DNA from: Saccharopolyspora erythraea NRRL 2338
GTDB taxonomy: Bacteria > Actinomycetota > Actinomycetes > Mycobacteriales > Pseudonocardiaceae
Length of the DNA stretch: 64,000 bases
Assembly: GCF_000062885.1 (NCBI RefSeq)
Contig: NC_009142.1
Location: 1,103,584-1,167,583, forward strand
Direction of reading: 5' to 3'
Shown: piece by piece, positions 39,181 through 51,889 of the stretch
Layout: the number at the start of each line of letters is the position of its first letter
Position numbering within the stretch: position 1 is the first letter of the stretch
Translations under genes and position numbers: made by a program
Notes under the pieces: model-generated
The model's database searches: none
What the model was told of the DNA's origin: nothing
The model's input: only the letters and a program-made list of their open reading frames with translations

Positions 39181-39969
39181 TCAGTGCCCGGTGAAGTTCG
39201 GGTTCCGCTTCTCGGTGAAGGCCGCCACCGCCTCCCGGTGGTCGGAGGTGCGACCGGCCTCCGCCTGCGCGCCGGCCTCCACGGCGAGCGCCTCGTCGAG
39301 GCCCTCGGCCGCCGCCGCGAGCAGGGTCTCCTTGATGCGGGCGTAGGCGCTGGTCGGTCCGGCGGCCATCCGCGACGCCAGCTCGGCGGCGGCCATGGCC
39401 GCCTCGCCCTCGCCGACCACGCGGTTGACCATGCCGATGCGCAGCGCCTCCTCGGCGGCGACCGGCTCGGCGAGCAGCAGCATCTCCATCGCGCGCCCGT
39501 AGCCGATCAGCCGGGGCAGCGTCCACGACACGCCGGAGTCGGTGGACAGCCCGACGCTGGCGAAGGCCATCAGGAACTTCGCGTCGGAGGAGGCGACCCG
39601 CAGGTCGCACGCGTAGGCCAGGGAGGCGCCCGCGCCGGCCGCGCTGCCGTTGACGGCCGCGATCACCGGCTTGGGCATCGTCGTGACCGCGCGGATCATC
39701 GGGTTGTAGTGCTCCTCCACCGTCCGCAGCGGTGCCGGGTCGTCGGCCTGCAGCAGGGCGATGTGCTCCTTGAGGTCCTGGCCCGCGCAGAACGCCTTGC
39801 CCGCGCCGGTGATCACGACGGCGCGGACCGCGTCATCGGCGGCGGCCTCCCGCAGCGCGCCGATCAGAGCCTGCTTGAGCTCGACGTTGAGCGAGTTGAA
39901 GCTCTCCGGCCGGTTCAACGTGAGCAGGCGCACACCCTCGGTGTCTTGGGTCAGCAGTACGTCGGACAC
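39181..39969 (-). CDS. Enoyl-CoA hydratase/isomerase family protein
   Basis: VITGAGKAFCAGQDLKE oxyanion-hole region, crotonase fold; GTG start near 39969 likely (the ORF runs to 40023). Confidence 0.75.
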   Translation of the reverse strand: MSDVLLTQDTEGVRLLTLNRPESFNSLNVELKQALIGALREAAADDAVRAVVITGAGKAFCAGQDLKEHIALLQADDPAPLRTVEEHYNPMIRAVTTMPKPVIAAVNGSAAGAGASLAYACDLRVASSDAKFLMAFASVGLSTDSGVSWTLPRLIGYGRAMEMLLLAEPVAAEEALRIGMVNRVVGEGEAAMAAAELASRMAAGPTSAYARIKETLLAAAAEGLDEALAVEAGAQAEAGRTSDHREAVAAFTEKRNPNFTGH

Positions 39970-40344
39970 TTCTCGCCCTTTCGTCGGTGGTGGACCGGGT
40001 GCCGCGCCGACCGCGTTCTCCACAGTGGACGACTTCGGCAGCGGCCCGGGTCCCGAGTAGACAGTGCGGTTCCGCCTAGTGCCGCACGCGATCGCCGTCG
40101 CCGCGCCGGAGCGGGCGGCTCACCGGAGCGGGCCCCCGATCGGCGGCGGCGAATGGCGCCGCACAGGCGCCGGACAACCCCGCACGACGGTCGAGTCTGC
40201 CACCCGGCGAGGGCATTCGACCAGCGCACGAGCGACACCAGTTGATCGGTTCGGTTTCGCGGCTGCGTCCGGATGGGGGAGAATGGGACCGGACCCGGCT
40301 GGTTGTGGCGACCAGGTGCGGGCAAGAGTTCACGGAGGGAGCAC

Positions 40345-40515
40345 GCTATGGCGGCCATGAAGCCCCGGACCGGTGACGGTCCCCTCGAGGTGACTAAGGA
40401 GGGGCGCGGGATCGTGATGCGCGTCCCGCTCGAGGGCGGTGGGCGGCTCGTCGTCGAGATGTCGGTCGAGGAGGCCAAGAACCTGGGCGACGCGCTGGAG
40501 TCGGCCACCGGCTGA
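40345..40515 (+). CDS. DUF3117-family small conserved actinobacterial protein (Rv1211-like)
   Basis: MAAMKPRTGDGPLEVTKEGRGIVMRVPLEGGGRLVVEMSVEEAKNLGDALESATG; RBS GGAGGGAG upstream. Confidence 0.75.
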   Translation, partial: AMAAMKPRTGDGPLEVTKEGRGIVMRVPLEGGGRLVVEMSVEEAKNLGDALESATG

Positions 40516-40773
40516 GGCCGCTGGGAAGGTGATCGGGGTGGTCGTCGCCTGCCCCGGTGGCCAGGCGACAAACTGCGCGGGCCGGCGTTCGGTGCGCAGC
40601 GCGTTCGCCGACACATTGACCAGGCCCCGGCATCTCGGACGTGGGTGCCGGGGCCGTCGTCGGCCCGCGGTTCGACAGGCGTGGGTGTCCCGCGCGGAAG
40701 GGTTTTTCTGTGTCCGGTGCCTCAAGATTCGGTTCAGCTCGGGGGAGTGGGGAAGACGACCCGGTACTGCCGG

Positions 40774-42284
40774 TGATCCCCACGTCACTGGTCGAAGTGG
40801 ACGTCGTGCGGCGTCCGCGCGACGGCGTGCCCACGGCGGTGCCGCTGCCGGACGGCGAGTCCGGTCCCGAACTGGCCCCGGTGGCCGAAGCGTTCGAAGT
40901 GGACATCGCGCTGCTGGAGGCCATCGGCGTCAAGTCCGCCGCCGGTGACGTCCGCACGGTGCCGCTGCCGGAGGGGCGCTTCGGCTGGGTCGTCGGCATC
41001 GGCTCCGGCGAGGCCGCGCAGTGGCGCACCGCGGGCGCCGCGCTGGCCCGCGCGACCCGGGAGAAGCTGGGTGAGACCGGCGAGGCCGAGGGCGACACCG
41101 TCGACTTCGGAGAGCCGTCGGAGGCCGAGTACCTCCAGATCAGGTTGCCCGCCGGCATCGGCCAGGACGCCGTGTCGGCGCTCGCGCTCGGCCTGGCGCT
41201 GGGCGACTACCGCTTCCGCGTCACCGGGCAGCCCGCCCCGCCGCGACTGCGCAAGGCGCTGCTGGTGACCGACGACGAGGAGCTGCGCGAGCCGGTCGCG
41301 CGGGCCCGGGAGTGGGCGGCGGCGACCGCGCTGGCCCGCGACCTGGCCAACTCGCCGTCGAACGTCAAGGACCCGGACTGGTTCACCGGGCTGGCCGCGC
41401 GACTGGCCGGTGAGGTCGACGGGCTGACCGCGACCGTGCGGGACGAGAAGTGGCTCGCCGACCACGGCTTCGGCGGCATCCTCGCCGTCGGCGGCGGTTC
41501 CGCCTCGCCGCCGCGGCTGCTCGAACTGGCCTGGCGGCCCGCCGACGCCACCGGGCCGCACCTGGTGCTGGTGGGCAAGGGCATCACGTTCGACACCGGC
41601 GGCATCTCGCTCAAGCCCGCCGAGGGCATGCACCTCATGCGCACCGACATGTCCGGTGGCGCGGCGGTGATCGGGGCGATGCTCGCCGTGGCCCGGCTCG
41701 GGCTGCGGGTGCGGGTCACCGCGCTGGTGCCGTCGGCCGAGAACCACCTCTCAGGCAGCAGCTACCGGCCCGGCGACGTCGTGCGCCACTACGGCGGCAA
41801 GACGACCGAGGTCGGCAACACCGACGCCGAGGGGCGCATGGTGATGGCCGACGCGCTGGTCTACGGTGTCCGCCACCACGAGGCCGACCTGCTGGTCGAC
41901 GTCGCCACGCTCACCGGTGCGATGAAGGTCGCGCTCGGGCTGCGCACCGGCGGTGTGTTCGCCACCGACCCGGACCTGTCGCGGCGGCTGCGCGACGCGG
42001 GCGACCGGGTCGGAGAGGCGTGGTGGCCGATGCCGCTGATCGAGGACCACACCGAGGCGGTCCGGGGCGAGCTGGCCGATGTGAACCAGACCCCGCCGGG
42101 TCCGGGCGGGGTCACCGCGGCGCTGTTCCTGCGGGAGTTCACCGAGGGGCTGCCCTGGGCGCACCTGGACATCGCGGGACCGGCGCGGGCGGACAAGAAC
42201 TACGCCGAGGTCGTCGCGGGCGGCACCGGATTCGCGGCCCGGAGCCTGGTCGAGTTCGTCGCGAGCCTGGCCGAGCAGGGCTAG
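40774..42284 (+). CDS. pepA: Leucyl aminopeptidase (M17 family)
   Basis: NTDAEGRMVMADAL M17 signature, VGKGITFDTGGISLKP; GTG start near 40774 (the ORF begins at 40641). Confidence 0.8.
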
Positions 42285-42374
42285 GGCTCGGCGCGGTGGG
42301 GCGGCGCGGTGCGGGCCGTGGCCCCACCGCGTGACCGGCTCTCGCGCGGGCGCGGTGGGTCGATCCGCCGCCGG

Positions 42375-43301
42375 TCAGTCGAGCCCGCGGTGGGAGGCGA
42401 AGTCGCGGAACGCGCGCACGGCGGGCGGCAGCGCCCGGTGGGCGGGCCAGGTGAGGCAGATCGTGCGGTGCTCGGCGGGGTCGAGCGGGATCTCCACCGT
42501 GCCGGGCACCGCCTCCGGCACCGCGGGCGGCAGCAGGGCCACGCCGAGCCCGGCGGCGACCAGCCCGCGGGCGGTGTCGACCTCCTCGCTCTCGAACGCC
42601 ACCCGGGGCGCGAAACCCGCGCGGTCGCTCAGCTCGGTGAAGATCTGCCGGAGCCCGTAGCCGTGCCGGGTGACGACGAAGTCGTCGTCGGCGAGCTCGG
42701 AGAGCGCCAGCGCGGCGCGTCCGGCGAGCCGGTGCCCGGTGTGCAGCACGGCCAGCAGCGGCTCCGCCCGCAGCGGCACCCACTCCAGCGCAGGGTCCGG
42801 ATCCGGCGGCGGGGAGATCAGGCAGAAGTCGATGCGGCCGTCGAGCATCCCGGCGAGCATGTCGACGCGCGCGCCTTGGGCCAGCCCGAACCGCACCTGC
42901 GGATGATCGGCCCGGAAACCCCTGATCAGCGCGGGTACCAACGTGCCGCCCATGGTGTGCTGGAAGCCGAGCACGACCTGGCCGCGCTCCGGGGAGATCT
43001 CCTCGACGACCTCGCGGCAGCCCGCTTCGAGGCTGCGCAGCGCGTCGGTGGCGGCGGAGGCGAGCAGCCGACCGGTGCGCGTGAGCCGGATACCGCGCCC
43101 GTGCGGGGCGATGACCGGCGCGCCGATCTCGTCGGACAGCCGCGCCAGCGTCCGGCTCGCGGTCGGCTGCGGGATGCCTAGCTGCTCGGCCGCGCGTGTG
43201 AGATGGCCCTCGGACGCGACCGCGCGCAGCAGTGCCAGGGTGGGGCTCAGATGCGCCGCGAGCTGCGACGCGTCCTCGGACAGCGCGGTCTCATACGTCA
43301 T
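42375..43301 (-). CDS. LysR-family transcriptional regulator
   Basis: N-terminal HTH LALLRAVASEGHLTRAAEQLGIPQPTASRTLARL; divergent from an MFS gene. Confidence 0.8.
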   Translation of the reverse strand: MTYETALSEDASQLAAHLSPTLALLRAVASEGHLTRAAEQLGIPQPTASRTLARLSDEIGAPVIAPHGRGIRLTRTGRLLASAATDALRSLEAGCREVVEEISPERGQVVLGFQHTMGGTLVPALIRGFRADHPQVRFGLAQGARVDMLAGMLDGRIDFCLISPPPDPDPALEWVPLRAEPLLAVLHTGHRLAGRAALALSELADDDFVVTRHGYGLRQIFTELSDRAGFAPRVAFESEEVDTARGLVAAGLGVALLPPAVPEAVPGTVEIPLDPAEHRTICLTWPAHRALPPAVRAFRDFASHRGLD

Positions 43302-43364
43302 CGCATCGATTATTACCACTTCACGCATTGGACGCATTAGTTAGCCCGGCTTAGCTTCAGGGGC

Positions 43365-45001
<1,637 letters not shown>

Positions 45002-45053
45002 CTACACCCGCCGGGTGACCGGAACGAATCCGGTGCCGGCTCCACGCCGCGCA

Positions 45054-47045
45054 CTACCGCAACTGGGCGTTCAGGACCAGTTCACGTCCCTGGCGGACGA
45101 CCGTGACCGGCACCGTCGCGCCGACCGGGTTGCGGTCGACCGCGACGATCAGCTCGTCGGCGCTGCCGACCCTGCGGTCGCCGACCCGGATGATCACGTC
45201 GCCCTCGGCGATGCCCGCCGCCGCTGCCGCGCTGCCGTCCTGCACGTTCTGCACCTGCGCCCCGTCGGCGACGCCGTCGCTGACCGACTTGGCGTTGACC
45301 CCGAGGTCGGCGTGCCTGACCTGGCCGGTGCGGATCAGCTCCTGGGCGATCCGGCGGGCGTCGTCGATCGGGATCGCGAAGCCCAGGCCGATCGAGCCGC
45401 CCTCGCCGCCCGAGCCCAGGGTCCGGATGGCGCTGTTGATGCCGACCACCGCGCCGTTGCCGTCCACCAGCGCACCGCCGGAGTTGCCCGGGTTGATCGC
45501 GGCGTCGGTCTGGATGGCGTCTATGACGGCGTTGGTGTCGGTGCCCTCGCCCGCCAGCCGCACCGGCCGGTGCACCGAGCTGACGATGCCGGTGGTGACC
45601 GTCCCGGACAGCCCGAGCGGGGAACCGATGGCGATCACGTCGTCGCCGACGGCGAGCCGGTCGGAGTCGCCGAGCTGCGCGACGGTCGGGTTGGCCACCT
45701 CGACCTTGAGCACCGCCAGGTCGGTCTTGACGTCGCGGCCGACGATCCGGGCCTGGGCCCGGGTGCCGTCGTGGAAGACGGCCGAGACCTGCGAGCCGGG
45801 GGTGTCGGCGGCCATCGAGACCACGTGGTTGTTGGTCACCACGTAGCCGTTGCCGTCGATGACCACGCCCGAGCCGGCACCGCCCTGCGCACCGACGCGG
45901 ACCTCGACCGACACCACGGCGGGCACGACCCGCTGGGCGACCGCCGCGACGGCACCCGCCGGGCGGTCCTCGCCCTGCTCCACCTCGGCCAGCGTCACGT
46001 CCGGGTTGGTCAGCGGGTTGCCCTCCTCGGCGGTGAGCCTTCCGATGAAGCCTCCGACCACGGAGAGCAGCAGCGCCACTCCGGCCAGCGCACCCAGAGC
46101 TCGCGGTGAGACGCGGCGGCCGAACAGCACCTCGCGGGTGCTCAGCAGCGGGCCCTCCTCGGCCTCGGACTGCTTCTCCGCGGGGTCCTCGCGCACCGCG
46201 GGCGGGCCGATGACGGCGGCCGAGGCGGGATCGCGCCACGGATCGCGCTCCGCCTTGTCCTCCCAGAAAGCGGGGTCGTCGCGGTCGGCGGTCGGCGGCT
46301 GCTCGCCGGGGGCGCGTTGCAGCAGCTCGGTGGAGCCTTCGGGGCGGCCGAACGCCTTCGCCAGCGCCTCCGGTGGCGGCGCGGTCTGCTCGATGCCCCG
46401 GGTAGTGCGGGTGTCGGGTCGCGCCGGGTCGAAGCTGCCCTCGACGTCCTTCGGGCGGCCGAACACCGCGGACTGGGCGGGGTCGACCCCGGGGCGCTGG
46501 ATCGGGCGGGGCGCCAGCCGCGGCTGCGCCTTGGGCGACGCCTGCCCGGACCCGTCCTGCTGGGTGGGCTGCGGTCCGGCAGCGGCTTGGGCCTGTGGAG
46601 TCGTGGCGCTGGAGTGCGCGGGCTGTGCGCTCGGGTGCTGGCCGGAGCCGTGCTGCGGAGCCTGGCCGGGGCCGTGCTGTTGCGGCTGGCCGGTCGGTGG
46701 CTGGACGGGTCCGTGCTGCGGGGAGTGTGCGCTCGCGTGCGGAGGCTGGGTGGGCTGCCGCGGCGCGGACCGGGAGTCCGCCGCGGTCGGCTGCGGTCCG
46801 TGCGGGGAGGAGGGCTGCGCTGGTCGGCCGTTGCCCGCCGGTGGCGGTGGCGGGGCGAAGCGGTCCGCGGGAACACCGCGTGCGCCCGGTGCGGCACCCT
46901 GCCAGGGGTGTACAGGCTCGGCAGGGCGGCCGTTGCCCGCGCCGCTGCCTGGCGTCACCTGGTCACCGGAGCCGGTCCCGGACTCGCCGTCGACCGGGCG
47001 CCGGCCACCGGAATCCCGCGCGGGCCTTCCTGACTGCTCGCTCAT
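45054..47045 (-). CDS. htrA: HtrA/DegP-family serine protease with long Pro/Gln-rich N-terminal region, TM segment, trypsin domain and PDZ
   Basis: GNSGGAL catalytic Ser motif, VVTNNHV His region, C-terminal PDZ; N-terminal low-complexity QHGPGQAPQHGSGQHP repeats; start uncertain (47045 or 47111). Confidence 0.8.
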   Translation of the reverse strand: MSEQSGRPARDSGGRRPVDGESGTGSGDQVTPGSGAGNGRPAEPVHPWQGAAPGARGVPADRFAPPPPPAGNGRPAQPSSPHGPQPTAADSRSAPRQPTQPPHASAHSPQHGPVQPPTGQPQQHGPGQAPQHGSGQHPSAQPAHSSATTPQAQAAAGPQPTQQDGSGQASPKAQPRLAPRPIQRPGVDPAQSAVFGRPKDVEGSFDPARPDTRTTRGIEQTAPPPEALAKAFGRPEGSTELLQRAPGEQPPTADRDDPAFWEDKAERDPWRDPASAAVIGPPAVREDPAEKQSEAEEGPLLSTREVLFGRRVSPRALGALAGVALLLSVVGGFIGRLTAEEGNPLTNPDVTLAEVEQGEDRPAGAVAAVAQRVVPAVVSVEVRVGAQGGAGSGVVIDGNGYVVTNNHVVSMAADTPGSQVSAVFHDGTRAQARIVGRDVKTDLAVLKVEVANPTVAQLGDSDRLAVGDDVIAIGSPLGLSGTVTTGIVSSVHRPVRLAGEGTDTNAVIDAIQTDAAINPGNSGGALVDGNGAVVGINSAIRTLGSGGEGGSIGLGFAIPIDDARRIAQELIRTGQVRHADLGVNAKSVSDGVADGAQVQNVQDGSAAAAAGIAEGDVIIRVGDRRVGSADELIVAVDRNPVGATVPVTVVRQGRELVLNAQLR

Positions 47046-47227
47046 CGCTCCCCGGGCATGCGCAATCGACTCAACACCACTGTCCGAGTGGATCACACGT
47101 TCGGGACGCACGCGTCACCGGCACGTGAGCCGCTCGTCCCCATCCTGCACCGGCGGAGGTGAAGTTCGTGTGGCGTTCGGGTGGCCCGAACCGGTCGTGA
47201 TCGCCAGGGGAACGCCGAAAGTCGTGG

Positions 47228-47965
47228 TCAGGGACCTGGAGCAGGCACGATGCGGGGATTCGCGAAGTCGGTGTTGTCGATGACCACGTCGGCGCGGCCC
47301 CGCGGGCCGACCTCCTCCAGGTACAGCGCGAGCGCGGGGTGGTACCGGTCGCGGTGCAGGCGGGTGGCCTCGCCGACGCCCTCGATGGCGACGTCGCGGG
47401 CGATCCCGCGGGCCGGCGAGACCCCGGCGTCGACCTCCAGCCAGATCCGGTAGTCCCAGCAGGCGTCGTACTCCGGGCGGAAGGCGAAGACCGAGTCGAC
47501 CACCAGCACAGCGTCGCCGGCCGCACGAACCACCTTGTCGCGGTGGTCCTCCCCGGTCAGCGGATCGTGCGCGCAGAGCACGACCTCCCCGGACCCTTCC
47601 GGGCCCGCGGGGTCCAGGAGCAGCTCCCGGGCGGAGACGAAGTCGTAGGCGTTGCGGTAGTAGCCGGGACCGCTGATGCGGTCGTAGCCCCGTTCGCGGG
47701 CTTCGCGCCACGGGTTCTTGAAATCGTCCATGGTCGCGCGCAGCGTCGGACGGCCCAGTCCGCGCAGCGCGGCGGCGAGTTCGTGCCCGAAGCTCGTCTT
47801 GCCCGAAGCGGTGAAGCCGTCGATCGCGACCCGCAGGCGGCCGGGCGAGCGGCGGGACACCGTCTCGGCGATCCCGCCGACCAGCGCTGTCCGGGCATCG
47901 GAGGCCGGTGCCGGTTCGGGTTGCCGCCACGTCGACACGGATTCGTACGCGTGCACGCGCGACAA
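47228..47965 (-). CDS. P-loop NTPase, uridine-kinase-like family
   Basis: IDGFTASGKTS Walker A; 245 aa; inserted between rseA and htrA. Confidence 0.6.
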   Translation of the reverse strand: MSRVHAYESVSTWRQPEPAPASDARTALVGGIAETVSRRSPGRLRVAIDGFTASGKTSFGHELAAALRGLGRPTLRATMDDFKNPWREARERGYDRISGPGYYRNAYDFVSARELLLDPAGPEGSGEVVLCAHDPLTGEDHRDKVVRAAGDAVLVVDSVFAFRPEYDACWDYRIWLEVDAGVSPARGIARDVAIEGVGEATRLHRDRYHPALALYLEEVGPRGRADVVIDNTDFANPRIVPAPGP

Positions 47966-48025
47966 GCTAGCCGCGTTCGTGGGCGATTCCGCACACGGCG
48001 GTCGGATGCCGGGCGGGATGACAGG

Positions 48026-48778
48026 TCAGGGCCGCGGCGCCGCCGGCGCGGCGGCCTGAGGCGCGGCGCTGGGGTGTGCCGTTGCGGGCTGAGCCGTCGT
48101 GGGCTGCGCCGTCGCGGGTTGGGCGGCCGACGACTCCGGCGCGACGCTCGTCGTCGTCGCCGAAGCGGGCATGACGACGTTGCCGTAGGCGCCGCCGGGA
48201 AGCGGCAGCGGGCTGGTCGTGGTCGGCAGCCGCTCGTCGTCGGCGGGCAGGTTCATCAGCGCGAGGGCTCCGAGCACCAGGCCGGAGAACACCACGCCCG
48301 CGCCCTGCCGGGTGCGGCGGCCCCTGGCGTCACCGCGCGCGTGCGGCTCGGCCTCCACTCCGTCGCCGCCGAGCGGCGTCGAGCTGCCCAGCGGTTGGCG
48401 GGAGCCGCCGAGGGGTGTGCCGGCACCGAGCACCGCCCCGGTGCCGAACGATTTTCCCCGGGCTCCCGGGGTGAGCGCGACGAGCTGACCGTCCGGGGTC
48501 AGCGCCAGGCCGTCGGGCTGCGAGGGCAGCTCGGCCTGGGACGGTATGGCCTGCAGCGCCTGCATCAGCCGCGGGGAGATCGACGGCGTGTCCGCTGCCT
48601 GCACGGCGGCCCGCGCCTGCCGCTGGGCGGCGGCGTCGGCGGCGCAGGCGGGGCAGCGGGCGAGGTGGGACGCGGCGCGGTCGTAGGCGCTCGGACTGAG
48701 CTCACCGTCGACGAACGCGACCAGCGCGTCGAGCGCGAGGTGCTGCTCCGGCAACCCCCACCCACGCATAACCGTCAT
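48026..48778 (-). CDS. rseA: Anti-sigma-E factor RseA (zf-HC2 type)
   Basis: Start [27 protein letters not shown]; H..C..C zinc motif [14 protein letters not shown]; single TM; ATGA overlap with the sigE stop; the 463-aa ORF-track call is an extension. Confidence 0.75.
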   Translation of the reverse strand: MTVMRGWGLPEQHLALDALVAFVDGELSPSAYDRAASHLARCPACAADAAAQRQARAAVQAADTPSISPRLMQALQAIPSQAELPSQPDGLALTPDGQLVALTPGARGKSFGTGAVLGAGTPLGGSRQPLGSSTPLGGDGVEAEPHARGDARGRRTRQGAGVVFSGLVLGALALMNLPADDERLPTTTSPLPLPGGAYGNVVMPASATTTSVAPESSAAQPATAQPTTAQPATAHPSAAPQAAAPAAPRP

Positions 48779-49380
48779 TCGGAGTCCTCCCGAGCGTGCT
48801 CGCGCCGAGCTTCCAAGGTGGCCTTCAGCATCTGGCGACCGCGATGGATCCTGCTTCGCACAGTACCGAGTTTCACGCCGAGGGTGGCACCGATCTCCTC
48901 GTAGGAAAGACCTTCCACGTCGCAGAGCACGACCGCGGCGCGGAACTCCGGCGGCATCTCGTCGAGCGCGGCCTGCAGGTCCGGGTCCAGGTGGGTGTCG
49001 TTGAACACCTGCTCCGGACTCGGGCCACCACCCGGCAGGCGGTCGGTGTCCTCGGGCAGCCCCTCCATCCGCAGCCGGGCGCGGCGGCGGGCCATGTCCA
49101 GGAACAGGTTCGTGGTGATGCGGTGCAGCCAGCCCTCGAAGGTGCCGGGCTTGTAGGACGCCAGCGAGCGGAAGACCCGGATGAAGGTCTCCTGCGTGAG
49201 GTCCTCGGCGTCGTGCTGGTTGCCGGTGAGCCGGTAGGCCAACCGGTAGATGCGGTCGGCGTGCTGCCGGACGACCTCGTCCCACGACGGGGGTGTCCAC
49301 GGCTGCTCGACCGGCACGGTCGCGTGCTGTTCGGTTTCGGTCGAACTCATCGGCTGAGTTGCCATCGGCTTTGTTGCCAT
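48775..49380 (-). CDS. sigE: ECF RNA polymerase sigma factor SigE
   Basis: Region 2 [28 protein letters not shown], region 4 [25 protein letters not shown]; start uncertain (several upstream Met). Confidence 0.85.
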   Translation of the reverse strand: MATKPMATQPMSSTETEQHATVPVEQPWTPPSWDEVVRQHADRIYRLAYRLTGNQHDAEDLTQETFIRVFRSLASYKPGTFEGWLHRITTNLFLDMARRRARLRMEGLPEDTDRLPGGGPSPEQVFNDTHLDPDLQAALDEMPPEFRAAVVLCDVEGLSYEEIGATLGVKLGTVRSRIHRGRQMLKATLEARREHAREDSE

Positions 49381-49671
49381 CGGGCGGGTACCCACCTCCA
49401 TGCGGGCGGCTGCACAAGGGTGAACGTGCGTACCGGTCGCTTTGTTCCTGCGGTGCGTCACCCGCCGGGAGCGGGAGACGCCCGGTTGTGCGTCACCAAT
49501 CTCCTCCGCGCTGGTGAGGAGGCCATGAAAGGTGCCTGAGAGCAGCCTGAGAACCGCCGAACGGGTCGTGATGTGCAGCTCACACCATCGGGCTAAGGGA
49601 CGTCGGGACGGGAAACGGGGGCCTAACAATGTGCCCGCGCGTGTTCGCCGCCGGAGGGCTCGCCGTTAGCC

Positions 49672-50313
49672 TTGCGCGTTGTGATACCCGAGACACCGAT
49701 CGGTCCCGCGCCTGTCGGCCGGGAGTCCGCGCGCAGCCGCTTATCCGGCGGGCGCCGGCCCGGCGCAGTGCCCGGGGACGGCGACGACGCCACCGGCGAC
49801 ATGACGCCGGGGCAGGTGCTGCGGTTCCTCGCCGCGGCGCTCTGCGCGCGGGCCGTCGTCGAGATCGGCACGGGCGACGGCGAGAGGTCGCTGTCCCTGC
49901 TGCGGGGCATGGTTCCCGACGGCGTGCTCACCTCGATCGACCTCGACCCGGTCGCGCAGCGCAACGCGCGCCGCGTGCTGGCAGAGGCGGGCATGCCGTC
50001 CGGACGCGCCAGGCTGATCACCGGGCTGGCGACCGAGGTGATGGCGCGGTTGACCGAGGGCGGCTACGACATGGTCTCGGTCGGCGGCGCCAAGACCGAC
50101 TACCCCGCCTACCTGGAGCTGGGGCTCAGGCTGCTCAGGCCCGGCGGGGTGATCGTGTTCGGCGGGATCCGCCCGGGGCAGGAGCGCGAGCACGGGCGGG
50201 ACCCGGAGAGCATGGCGTTGCGGGAGCTGGCCCGGCGGGTGCAGGAGGACGAAACGCTGGTCACGGTCGGTCTTCCGGTCGGGGACGGCCTGCTGGCCAT
50301 CGCGCAGAGCTGA
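49672..50313 (+). CDS. Class I SAM-dependent O-methyltransferase (caffeoyl-CoA OMT-like, Rv1220c-like)
   Basis: VEIGTGDGERSL SAM-binding motif; divergent from sigE as in M. tuberculosis. Confidence 0.75.
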   Translation: MRVVIPETPIGPAPVGRESARSRLSGGRRPGAVPGDGDDATGDMTPGQVLRFLAAALCARAVVEIGTGDGERSLSLLRGMVPDGVLTSIDLDPVAQRNARRVLAEAGMPSGRARLITGLATEVMARLTEGGYDMVSVGGAKTDYPAYLELGLRLLRPGGVIVFGGIRPGQEREHGRDPESMALRELARRVQEDETLVTVGLPVGDGLLAIAQS

Positions 50314-50590
50314 GCGGCTCGCGCGCACAGGAACCCACGAGCCCTGAGCGCGCCCGTAGCCGAGCCGCCGCCCGCGTTGCCTCGCGGGCGGCGTCGCATC
50401 GGGGCTGGGTTCGGTTTCAAAAGGGCGGTGTGGGACCTGGCTGGACCACCCGCGGGCTCTCAGCCGTCTTCTCGCGAGGGCAGCTTCGACGCCGCGTATC
50501 CGGACATACGTCAGTCGGAGATCCCGCATCGAGAAGGCGGCTGAGGTTCCGCCAAGCGACCCACTACGCAAGCCACATCTGAAACACGTC

Positions 50591-51730
50591 CTACGCCGGG
50601 GAGACCGAGAGCAGCTGGCCTGCCAGGCCGCGGGCCCGGGTGGACAGGCGCTTGGCGATGCCGTCGAGCACCACGGCCGCCGGCGACTCCGGTGCCTCCA
50701 GGACCAGCGGCGTGCCGCCGTCACCGGCCTCGCGCAGCCGCGGGTCCAGCGGCACCTGCCCCAGCAGCGGGACCTCGGAGCCGACCGAGCGGGTCAGCGA
50801 GTCGGCGACGATCTGCCCGCCACCCGAGCCGAAGACCTCCATGCGCGAACCGTCGGGCATCTCCATCCACGACATGTTCTCCACGACCCCGGCCAGCCGC
50901 TGACGGGTCTGCATCGCGATCGCGCCCGCGCGCTCGGCGACCTCGGCCGCCGCCTGCTGCGGAGTGGTGACCACCAGGATCTCGGCGTTGGGGATGAGCT
51001 GCGCGGTCGAGAGCGCGACGTCACCGGTGCCGGGCGGCAGGTCCAGCAGCAGGACGTCGAGGTCGCCCCAGAACACGTCGGACAGGAACTGCTGCAGCGC
51101 GCGGTGCAGCATCGGTCCGCGCCAGACGACCGGGGTGTTGCCCGGGGTGAACATGCCGATGGAGATGACCTTCACGCCGTGCGCCTGCGGCGGCATGATC
51201 ATCTTGTCCACCTGGGTCGGCTTGCCGGAGGCCCCGAGCATGCGGGGCACCGAGTGGCCGTAGATGTCGGCGTCGACGACGCCGACCGAAAGCCCGCGCC
51301 GGGCCATCGACGCGGCGAGGTTCACCGTGACGCTGGACTTGCCGACCCCGCCCTTGCCGGAGGCGACGCAGTAGACGCGGGTCATCGAGCCGGGCTCGGC
51401 GAACGGGATGCGCGGTTCCTCGGAGTTGCCGCGCAGCTTCTTGCGCAGCTCGCTGCGCTGCTCGTCGCTCATCACGTCGAGCTCCACGCGCACCGACGAC
51501 ACGCCCTCGACCTCGGAGACCGCGGAGTCGACCCGCTGGGTGATGGTCTCCCGCATCGGGCAGCCCTTGACCGTCAGGTAGACCTCGACCGTGACGTCGC
51601 CGCCGGAGCCGATCGAGACCGACTTCACCATGCCCAGGTCCGTGATCGGTTTGTTGATCTCCGGGTCCAGGACCTTGCTCAGGGCCCGCCGGACAGCCTC
51701 CTCGGCGGGTGTGGACTGCGTAGTGGTCAC
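50591..51730 (-). CDS. mrp: Fe-S cluster carrier ATPase Mrp/ApbC
   Basis: DUF59 N-terminus, ASGKGGVGKSS deviant Walker A, CxxC-type C-terminal region (EVYLTVKGCPM); 379 aa. Confidence 0.85.
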   Translation of the reverse strand: MTTTQSTPAEEAVRRALSKVLDPEINKPITDLGMVKSVSIGSGGDVTVEVYLTVKGCPMRETITQRVDSAVSEVEGVSSVRVELDVMSDEQRSELRKKLRGNSEEPRIPFAEPGSMTRVYCVASGKGGVGKSSVTVNLAASMARRGLSVGVVDADIYGHSVPRMLGASGKPTQVDKMIMPPQAHGVKVISIGMFTPGNTPVVWRGPMLHRALQQFLSDVFWGDLDVLLLDLPPGTGDVALSTAQLIPNAEILVVTTPQQAAAEVAERAGAIAMQTRQRLAGVVENMSWMEMPDGSRMEVFGSGGGQIVADSLTRSVGSEVPLLGQVPLDPRLREAGDGGTPLVLEAPESPAAVVLDGIAKRLSTRARGLAGQLLSVSPA

Positions 51731-51889
51731 GGTTGCCTGACACCGACCTTTCTGCGCGTCTGCGCTGCTGCCTCCATGCTACGGACCGGTAGCCCGCCGA
51801 CAGTAGTGACCGCAGGGCAGGCCGGTCGAGCGCGTCCGCTCCGTGAACGCCGGGGGCGCTTCGCAGTCACTCGAACGCGGTCCGTAATA

